From an uncultured Flavobacteriales bacterium (GTDB lineage Bacteria; Bacteroidota; Bacteroidia; AKYH767-A; 2013-40CM-41-45): a stretch of DNA of 54,543 nucleotides. The notes below the pieces were generated by a model. The model ran no database searches and had not been told where the DNA came from. It was given only the letters and a program-made list of their open reading frames with translations. The first letter of the stretch is position 1; each line of letters opens with the position of its first letter. A program made the translations under genes and the position numbers. The DNA is taken from contig CAYHHK010000009.1 in NCBI GenBank assembly GCA_964356415.1, positions 1 to 54,543 of the forward strand, read 5' to 3'. This document shows, one piece after another, positions 15,672 to 23,600 of the stretch.

Positions 15672-16396
15672 GCGTAGGTGTTGATGAAGCCCGATTGAGG
15701 TTTAGTAACCTTGATTGGGCACAACACGCCTCGGAGCATGTTGTTACTCTTGGTGGTGCAGGTGGAATCGGATCCTGGTTTGCACTACCCCTGGCACGGA
15801 TTGGTTATCAGGTTAGAATCTTTGATTTTGACAGAATTGATACAACCAATCTGGGTGGCCAGCTTTTTCGCACCACGGATGTCGGCAAATTTAAAGTCGA
15901 TGCCGTGAAAACCAACGTGATGATGTTCACCAGTGCCGGAACTGTGGTTGCTCTTAACCAGCGCATCAATTCCCGACTTGATACCGGTAACATCGTAGCC
16001 AGTTGTTTCGACAACATGGAAGCACGTAAAACTGTATACGAGTCCTGGAAAACGGGCTGGGCAATTCCCTGGTTAAATTTACCGGAAGCACAGCGTAAAG
16101 CAACATTCACACCACTGTTAATAGATGGACGTCTCATGGCAGAACAACTTCAGGTATTCTTTGTAACACCTGAACGCTTGTCGGAATATGAACCATATTT
16201 ATTTGCTGACAGTGATGTTGAAGATATGATCTGTACCAACAAAGCTACTTCGCACTTCGCGATGGGTATTGCTTATCAGATGACCCGGGGATTGAACAAC
16301 CATGTTCATAATCAACATTTGGGACACGATGACCGCGCAGTACCATTTCTGATTGAAGACGAAGGTTTCATGTTTACTCAAACTATTACACGATGA
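15668..16396 (+). CDS. ThiF/MoeB/E1-like adenylyltransferase (ubiquitin-activating-like)
   Basis: VVTLGGAGGIGSWFALPLARIGYQVRIFDFDRIDTTNLGGQLF matches the GxGGxG Rossmann motif plus D.D.v..sNL.RQ. Also present are GKFKVDA, FDNMEARK (DN..tR) and MICTNKATSHF (compare the E1 P-x-C-T motif). It has an ATGA overlap with the JAB gene. Confidence 0.85.
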   Translation: MSVGVDEARLRFSNLDWAQHASEHVVTLGGAGGIGSWFALPLARIGYQVRIFDFDRIDTTNLGGQLFRTTDVGKFKVDAVKTNVMMFTSAGTVVALNQRINSRLDTGNIVASCFDNMEARKTVYESWKTGWAIPWLNLPEAQRKATFTPLLIDGRLMAEQLQVFFVTPERLSEYEPYLFADSDVEDMICTNKATSHFAMGIAYQMTRGLNNHVHNQHLGHDDRAVPFLIEDEGFMFTQTITR

Positions 16397-17301
16397 TTTC
16401 CAGTAGTGTCACACACATAAATAATACACCAGGCAAAGTTGTTACAGTGCAAATGAATCCTACGCTTGATGTTATGTATGCTGGTGAATTATTTCATCCG
16501 AAATGGGGTTCAAACACTATGATGCTGGGGCCAGTACAGGGGCTTATTGTTGATCTTGTTCGTGAATTGCGTTATACTGAGCAGCAAAAAATTCTTATTC
16601 TGGATTTATGCGAAAACATGTCAGTAGTCAACAGATGTGCAGATTATATGACACGTTCAGCAGATGCGGCGAAACGATTCTTAAAGGAATACATTAAGCA
16701 AACGCTGGTATCCTGGATGAAGAATCCAAGTAGTAATTCGTTATCATTTTTGACATCAAATACTAACGAGATTCCAATTTTGACCAATCTAACCATACTT
16801 GAAAATAATCGCAAATTACGCCCATGCCTTCAACATGTACAGCTTCGATTACCAGGTATGTCGGCACAGCACGTAATGGTAAATTATTACACCGCATTTA
16901 CAATTAAAACAACTTTAGTCCCAATGGGTGTTTCGCGTGGTATTCAGGCTTGTTTCATGCTGATGGTCAAAAAAGAGGCTGTTAATCGTGTAAGACTGCG
17001 GCTTTTCTTTGAACAGGCGCAGGATTCAGATGATTTTGTATTGTATGTTGATAAGTTTTTCTTCGAAGAACGGCAAACACAATCCTTGCACGCGTTTTAC
17101 ACTTCAGTTCAACGGGAATGTTTTGATAAAGAAGTTCCTATTGCAGTTGTTGAAAATCTTTACGATCACTTATTTATCAATCCCCTTCAACCAGCGATAG
17201 AATTTCCTTCTGTTGCTGAAGTATCCAGGCACCAGGACACGGTGCTTACAAATCTCAAACGGCAACTACGCTTATCCACTAATGCACACTTAATTGTATA
17301 G
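16393..17301 (+). CDS. Hypothetical protein (302 aa), translationally coupled to the E1-like gene
   Basis: It has an ATGA start/stop overlap with the E1-like gene. No motif was recognised. Confidence 0.7.
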   Translation: MISSSVTHINNTPGKVVTVQMNPTLDVMYAGELFHPKWGSNTMMLGPVQGLIVDLVRELRYTEQQKILILDLCENMSVVNRCADYMTRSADAAKRFLKEYIKQTLVSWMKNPSSNSLSFLTSNTNEIPILTNLTILENNRKLRPCLQHVQLRLPGMSAQHVMVNYYTAFTIKTTLVPMGVSRGIQACFMLMVKKEAVNRVRLRLFFEQAQDSDDFVLYVDKFFFEERQTQSLHAFYTSVQRECFDKEVPIAVVENLYDHLFINPLQPAIEFPSVAEVSRHQDTVLTNLKRQLRLSTNAHLIV

Positions 17302-17303
17302 TT

Positions 17304-18329
17304 ATGACTATAGAAGAATATCGCAAAGTGCCTGCGATTCATTACAGCGCACTATCACAAATGGCAGATGACCCCCGTGGGTTGTTTGCCGAGAGGGAAG
17401 AGAAAGAATATTTCAACCTGGGAAGCCTTGTTGACTGTATGCTTTTCACTCCTGACAGGGTTGACTCGCAGTTTTTCATTCTCGACACTGTAAAGCCATC
17501 AGAGGGCATGGGGAACCTGCTGGATCAGTATCTGCTTATGGGTGGTAGCCAAGATGAGTTATCGAAAGATGTGCTCATAGCAGCCCGCGCAGTGACCGGA
17601 TATCAATCGGGATGGAAAGAAGAGACTGTTGCAACGAAATTCTGGGAAGCCTGCTCAACATACATGGCTTTGCTGATGGCTGCCGGAGATCGCACAGTTA
17701 TTGGTAGCCCAATGAAGGAGAAGGCTGACAGGCTTGTTAACCTGATTCTTACACACGATTTCACCGCTGCAATCTTTGATCCCTTGAGTACCCGGTATAA
17801 AATCTACCCGCAAGAGCCTATTTTCTGGGAAGACGAAATTCAACCCAGGTTCAAGGCGCAGTACAAGCTGGATGCTGTCGGGAAAGTTCCCTGTAAATCA
17901 TTGCCGGATGTCATTGTACACGATCTGAAGTACGATATCATTTTCAATATCGATCTCAAGGTCATTGGACAAAATCCAAAGTACTTCCCGTTCTCACATT
18001 TCATCAAATTCAAGTATTATTTGCAGGATTCTTTCTACCAAAAGGGGCTTGAAGCCTTCGTCAAACGTGAGAATATCACAGCACAACTCGGGTTACCGGC
18101 ATTTTTGGTTGTCAGCGAAGGTTATGCTCCCTACATCTGGAATGTTACAAGCAAATGGCTTGAAACAGGAAGACTTGGCGGCATGGGTACATCCGGTGTT
18201 TACCACAAAGGATACGAAGAACTCATGGCTGAATTCCTGTTCCACGAGAAAACCAACGAATACGGTGCACCTGCAGATTTGCAGATTAACAGTGGTCGTG
18301 TTGCAATTCCTGACGAACTGTTACGATGA
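17304..18329 (+). CDS. PD-(D/E)XK exonuclease (RecE/DUF3799-like)
   Basis: The N-terminal EEYRKVPAIHYSALSQM matches the Y....a.S.S.L pattern. KLDAV...NIDLKV gives D...(D/E)xK. YYLQDSFYQKG gives the QxxxY block. Confidence 0.55.
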   Translation: MTIEEYRKVPAIHYSALSQMADDPRGLFAEREEKEYFNLGSLVDCMLFTPDRVDSQFFILDTVKPSEGMGNLLDQYLLMGGSQDELSKDVLIAARAVTGYQSGWKEETVATKFWEACSTYMALLMAAGDRTVIGSPMKEKADRLVNLILTHDFTAAIFDPLSTRYKIYPQEPIFWEDEIQPRFKAQYKLDAVGKVPCKSLPDVIVHDLKYDIIFNIDLKVIGQNPKYFPFSHFIKFKYYLQDSFYQKGLEAFVKRENITAQLGLPAFLVVSEGYAPYIWNVTSKWLETGRLGGMGTSGVYHKGYEELMAEFLFHEKTNEYGAPADLQINSGRVAIPDELLR

Positions 18330-19105
18330 TAGCACGCCAGCACTACCCGCTACCCGACGGCAAGTTTCTTCTGATGGAAGCGACGAATGCCAGAACTGTT
18401 AAAATCACCACGGACTCTCTGCAAATTGTGGAGACTCCTGGTGATTCCAAGAAGCTTGCAGCACTTGAAATTGCAGACTTTCTCTTTCTTGATACCAAGG
18501 ATGATTCGTCCCAAATCACTTTTAACATCAAGGAAGGACATGCTTTAACCTACTCCACCAAATTTATTACCAAACAGTACGATGGTGTGTACCTGGTTGA
18601 TGCCTGCAAATTTCATAACTGCAACTATTTCATTCTTCCGATGTTAGGACTCACGCGTGAAGAATTTGCGTGGGATCACTACTTCATCAATTCTTTTTTA
18701 GTCGAAAGTTTCAGCGCACAGTTGAATCTTGTAGCCCTTAAATACAGATTCTATAGTTTTAATGGTTACCCCGAACTCGAAAAGCGTTTGTTGGAGAACG
18801 ATAATTTTCTCAAACGTATTGAAACTGACCCGCAAACTGTCACGTTTGTCTTCAAAGTTCCAGAGGAACATGAAACAGATTATGAACTATTGGGTCACAG
18901 CAAATACAGTCAGTTCAGCAAAGATTTTAAAGCTAAAATCATGCGGTTCCACCATTTTAACACCGACGGCGAAATGGATTGCATTTTGAATAAGCATCCG
19001 CGTCTTCAGGCTAAACTTGAACTGGAATTTGGTGTAGCAATTCCGGATCATGTTGAACTGTTTGAAAAAATCGGCGTTAACCAGTATCTTTTATTGGAAG
19101 ACTAA
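18326..19105 (+). CDS. Hypothetical protein (259 aa)
   Basis: It overlaps the exonuclease stop by 4 nt (ATGA) and is followed by a terminator. Confidence 0.7.
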   Translation: MIARQHYPLPDGKFLLMEATNARTVKITTDSLQIVETPGDSKKLAALEIADFLFLDTKDDSSQITFNIKEGHALTYSTKFITKQYDGVYLVDACKFHNCNYFILPMLGLTREEFAWDHYFINSFLVESFSAQLNLVALKYRFYSFNGYPELEKRLLENDNFLKRIETDPQTVTFVFKVPEEHETDYELLGHSKYSQFSKDFKAKIMRFHHFNTDGEMDCILNKHPRLQAKLELEFGVAIPDHVELFEKIGVNQYLLLED

Positions 19106-19112
19106 TTCACTA

Positions 19113-19140
19113 CCCGGAGGCATTCAGCTTCCGGGATTTT
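19113..19140 (+). terminator. Rho-independent terminator
   Basis: CCCGGA (19113-19118) pairs with TCCGGG (19130-19135), followed by ATTTT. Confidence 0.55.
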
Positions 19141-19160
19141 CACTCACTTAAACTATTTGT

Positions 19161-19529
19161 ATGCAAGATGAACTTGAAATCGCAGCAGAAACTATTCCGA
19201 TTGAGGAAACTACGGAGATCGTTGCTGACCAGCAATCCCCGCAGGTTGAAAGCCTGGAGGAAGGCCATATTCTTAAACCGTGCTACATCGTGGACAAAAC
19301 GATGACTGATTTGGTGTTAAGTATCTGGAAGCAGAAGAAGACCACAGCGTATCATAAACGCCAGCGTGAGAAATATGCAGCTTTTGAAGCGGCGGTTTTC
19401 GCTATCACCAACGCCAGCCCAATTATGAACGTGGAATTCGAACTCACTCCGGAAGAAATTGCACGCCAGCAAGAGGCTGTTGCCAATCTTACTGATGAGC
19501 ATAAAGCTAATTTAATCTCAAAACTTTAA
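19161..19529 (+). CDS. Hypothetical protein (122 aa)
   Basis: This is the first ORF after the terminator/ACTCAC motif unit. The N-terminus is acidic. Confidence 0.65.
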   Translation: MQDELEIAAETIPIEETTEIVADQQSPQVESLEEGHILKPCYIVDKTMTDLVLSIWKQKKTTAYHKRQREKYAAFEAAVFAITNASPIMNVEFELTPEEIARQQEAVANLTDEHKANLISKL

Positions 19530-19531
19530 CC

Positions 19532-19897
19532 ATGGAACTACAACAACTTGAAAAACTATTTGATTCCTTTTCCCAGCACCAAAAGGAGGTCATCTTCAGC
19601 AAAACCCAGGATTATGCCAACAGCGATTGTTTGTCGAATTTCAAACTCGCCGGCGGGATTACCGGATCAAATGCGCATCTGAACTGCCTGTCTCTGATTG
19701 GCACCAAAGTTGCAAGACTCGGTGTACTGTTGAACAAAAACGGGTTGCCAAACAACGAGTCCATTTCGGACACGCTTACTGATCTGGCCAACTACACCTT
19801 TTTGCTAACAGCCATCCTGGAAGACGAGATAAAACTTATGCAAACACCTGTTGAATGGCGGGGTAGAGAAGCGGTAAATACGCCTATCCGTGGCTAA
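19532..19897 (+). CDS. DUF1599/MazG-like all-alpha NTP-pyrophosphohydrolase-fold protein (tentative)
   Basis: SKTQDYANSDCLSNFKLAG...IGTKVARLGVLL...ESISDTLTDLANYTFLL matches the remembered pattern K..DYg...nF......KisRl..l...E...D...Dl.NY. Confidence 0.4.
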   Translation: MELQQLEKLFDSFSQHQKEVIFSKTQDYANSDCLSNFKLAGGITGSNAHLNCLSLIGTKVARLGVLLNKNGLPNNESISDTLTDLANYTFLLTAILEDEIKLMQTPVEWRGREAVNTPIRG

Positions 19898-20168
19898 GAT
19901 AAAACCTGTTGCTCCGGCGGCAGTGTTTACCGGTGCACAGAGTAGGTTGGATGCGATAATTTTAAGGATGCGCACCCGTAAACCAGAGCCTGAACAACTC
20001 GCCGGAGACGGTGAAATGTTGTTGAGTTTCAACGATGTAAAGCGAATTGTAGATCATCACCTGATGCCCAGTGATATTCTGCGACAAGCGATTCTAATCG
20101 ATTTGAAAGCCCTGGTACAATTAAATGTTAAACTTCGAACAGTTCACAATGAGAAAAACAAAAGTTGA
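19890..20168 (+). CDS. Hypothetical protein (92 aa)
   Basis: It overlaps the upstream stop by 8 nt. No motif was recognised. Confidence 0.55.
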   Translation: MAKIKPVAPAAVFTGAQSRLDAIILRMRTRKPEPEQLAGDGEMLLSFNDVKRIVDHHLMPSDILRQAILIDLKALVQLNVKLRTVHNEKNKS

Positions 20169-20313
20169 ATTTTGGGCATTGATTCCTGATGAGTGGAATT
20201 TTCTCCTTGGAATTGAAAAGACATCCGGCGAGGATGAAGATGGTGTATACGAAGCATTCAGTATGGGATGCTTGTTGTTTGGTTTCAGTATCATTAAATA
20301 CATGTCCCCATGA
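20149..20313 (+). CDS. Hypothetical small protein
   Basis: An internal ATG (MRKTKVEFWALIP) within track ORF 20125..20313 is used as the start. The stop overlaps the next start (ATGA). Confidence 0.45.
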   Translation: MRKTKVEFWALIPDEWNFLLGIEKTSGEDEDGVYEAFSMGCLLFGFSIIKYMSP

Positions 20314-20579
20314 TACTACCTCCATATCAAGATATACCTATCAAGCCGCGTGTCTCGGAAACTTGTGGAAAAGTAGCCTACACTTCACAACGGGAAGCGC
20401 AACGTGTGTTAAACACTGTGCGCACCAAAGTCTGGAGTAAGGGAATCGAGAGAAAGCGAAGAGGGAAAGATGATAAATTACCCAAACGCGCTTATAAATG
20501 TGAATGCGGAATGTGGCATTTAACAAGTCACCACGAACATCCTAATGATGAAGTTATTTTACACCGCAGGAAACATTAA
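20310..20579 (+). CDS. Small basic Cys/His protein, possible zinc-ribbon DNA-binding protein
   Basis: SETCGKVAY...YKCECGMWHLTSHHEH provides C...CxC...H ligand candidates. The central region is Lys/Arg-rich. Confidence 0.5.
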   Translation: MILPPYQDIPIKPRVSETCGKVAYTSQREAQRVLNTVRTKVWSKGIERKRRGKDDKLPKRAYKCECGMWHLTSHHEHPNDEVILHRRKH

Positions 20580-20584
20580 AAAGA

Positions 20585-20616
20585 AAAAGGGGTAGTCGTA
20601 ATGATTGCCCCTTTTT
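20585..20616. terminator. Bidirectional terminator between the convergent gene blocks
   Basis: AAAAGGGG (20585-20592) pairs with CCCCTTTT (20608-20615). An A-run lies 5' and a T-run 3', so the hairpin can work on both strands. It sits between the last plus-strand stop (20579) and the last minus-strand stop (20635). Confidence 0.65.
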
Positions 20617-20634
20617 GCTGTTACTGTGTCTTAC

Positions 20635-23600
20635 TTAGTTGTTCGATGGTTCTGGTTCAGGATCATCCTTGAGCATATCATCCAACCATTCATACTGACC
20701 CTGGCGATACTGTTTCGACGTAACGGTTTTTGCACGATTCCACATCTTCAATCCCGGGATCAGTGGCCTGGATTTAACCCAAACTCTGTTCTCTCCTTTG
20801 AAGGGGCCACTGTGCATTTTTGTATCACCACCCCAGGCTTTTGTAATAGCGTCAGCTAATGTAGCGATATCATTTACAATTGCAACGGCGGGTATAAAAT
20901 TTTTGTTCAATGACTGCAATTCTTGCGGGTTCGAGTAGAAGAAGACGTCAGTTTGAAGCCTGCTGTAAAGATTCAACATGAAATTCATCGACATAAACAT
21001 CGACGTTTTCTTTTTCTTTTCATCGTCTGGTAACATTTTCAATCCACGCAGTAACAGTACAGCCATGATGTTAATGGCAATCAATCCCATCATTTCGGTC
21101 ATATTCTTTCGCAAGTTGGCAGAATCTACATCCGAGTAACCTGCTTCGTTAAAGTGCGTTTTGCCTGTAAATACACGCAATGCTACTTGTTTCAGCATAA
21201 AGAACGATTCCTGCAACACATTCATGTCAGGTGAAACATCTTCTTTTGCCATCTTTTTTGATACAATTTTAGCAGCATATCCTGCGCCTAATCCTACGAT
21301 GCCTCCAATAACTGTCCCAACTCCCGGCAACATCGCGGTTCCTGCCAGCCCCAACGTCACTGCCAGTGTCCCGGGAGTGTAGCTGCGGTATCTTCCTTTG
21401 CGGGTTAATCCGGTGGTGTGGTAATCCTGCGTTCCACCAAATCGAGTATAGAATCCCATCAATGCCCAAGTACGAAACTGCAGGAATAGTTTACCAAGTA
21501 AATAACGACTTACCCGAGTCCGGGAATTTAATCGGTCATAGTTACCGTGACAAATCTGAATTAATTCATCAACAGCAGTGCCGGCATCCAGTAAAGTTTT
21601 ATTGGTACTATGGTTTTCAATGTCGGCAATGTTCTTTTCTGTGCGGTACTCTTCTTTTAAATGACCGTCTTTGCCCATGGCATCCCACAAACTGATTTCT
21701 CCGCCGTGGCCATCTTCCACTTTCGTGTTGCGAAGGATACAGATCATCAATGGCGCCTGGTTTAAATACTCAGTAGATGACTGCAATTTATACGGTGAAA
21801 TTTTATCTACCACTGGCATGAGTTTTTCTTTGAAACTACTCATTGTACCATCGCCTTTAGTTTTGTCGCTGATTTCGTATTGGGTTTCTTTCAAAATATC
21901 CATACGTTGCATCAAATTTCTGATCTTGATTGCATCATGGCTAAACTGATTTACACCGCCCATGGTTTTCCAGAGAATAGAATAAGCATAGGACATATCC
22001 CGGGTGGTGAAAAGTCTTCCATCAGACGCTTCAGTAAAATTTGAAATCAATCCAAATCCAAAGTTTGAGGCTCCTGATGTGAAATTATACCCCATATTCA
22101 GGAGTTGTACAAATCCAAGTAATCCGGTAACTGCAGCTTGCCCGGAGACACCATATTTCAGTTCATCCAATTGATTGGTAAGTACTTCGAAATTCTTTGC
22201 ATACTCTTCAGCGGTAATCTTTCCTTCACTGCGAGCCTGTTCATTGTCCTCGATGATCTGCTCCAATTCTTCAGCTTTCTTTCTTTCATCCTTGCTGGCC
22301 AGCTTTGTGGATTTAGCAACGGCTTTTTCAAAGGATGCCTTTTCTACTTTATATCCGTAGTAAATTTCCATCCAACTATCAGCACTTGCCAAAACGTGTG
22401 CAATTTTCGAAGACTTTTCGATAGCTTTCCTGTTACCCTGATTTCCTTTGGCTTCATCATCATTGGGATGCGTTGCGTACAGTAAATTTCTGCCAATACG
22501 CATGATCATATCAGTCTCCGCCTTGTGCTTGTAAATAACAGCCATGGATGTAAACCCCTTGATTACTTTGCCAACATCAAAAGACTTGCGCATTGCAATA
22601 TCATTGATGATATCCCTGCGCCAATTCTTTAATGTCTCAGTATCCGGATTTTCTTTTTCGTTGTCAATTCGATACTGAATTGTTTTGTACTCCAGGTAAG
22701 CTTTGATTTCCGGATTGTGATTAGCAATGAACTGGGTTTGCAATTTAAAATCCGCCTTTCCAGTGTAAACATCTTTGTGCTGGTAGCCTTCCGGATCCTT
22801 GTTGTCTTCTTTCATCCCGGCACGTACATTTTCCATCATCGAGGAAAACCCTCCGGAAATTCCACCGTCAATAAACTGCTCTGTCAAGTCTTTGTACATG
22901 AAAGGTAGTGTATTGGCGTGCAGTAAATTTGCTTTTTCCGCAGGCAATACTGATTTTAAATCATACATCAAGTCCATGATGTGGTCATACAACGCGCTTT
23001 GGTGAACATTCTGCCGCATTGCTTTGTATTTCTCGTCATAGAAACCGGTTTCCTTGCCATCAACAGATTTCCTGGCCACGGTGATTGAGTATTCTTTCGT
23101 AGGTACGATAAAAGAATCGTTAGTGGCCGCTGTTTGGGCACCATAAAAGATTCGAGCCTCGATGTACGGAGAGTTTTCATTCAGCCATGTATTGTAGGCC
23201 AGTGCAGATTCTGCTACATTATTATATTTCGCATCGAAGAAAACCTTCATGGCGCCAACACCCTCACGGAATCTTTCGATCTGCTCTTCAGCCTGTTCCA
23301 TGACCTTGGCATATTCCTCATCTCCAAGCGTGTTACGAAGCAAATCGTGATGTGCCTGGATTTCTTCCTGGGAAAACGAGATAGGATTCCCGTCTTTATC
23401 CAGTTCAGAATACAACGACGAATCCATAAACAACTTACGATAATCGAGCATCAGGGAGATTTTCTTAATCTTCTTGAAATACTCCTTATTAATTTTAGCC
23501 TTTTGTGACCGTCGTGTTGCGGGATTGGCATACGTTCTTTCCGCATGATCCAGTTTACTTTCACGTTCATTTTCCCATTCATTGAGCAAGTCATGGTAAT

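Noticed and set aside
20605-20859. An 84-aa plus-strand ORF follows the convergent terminator.
   Set aside because: It starts inside the terminator and runs antisense to the 3' end of the 1473-aa gene. The translation is hydrophobic junk.
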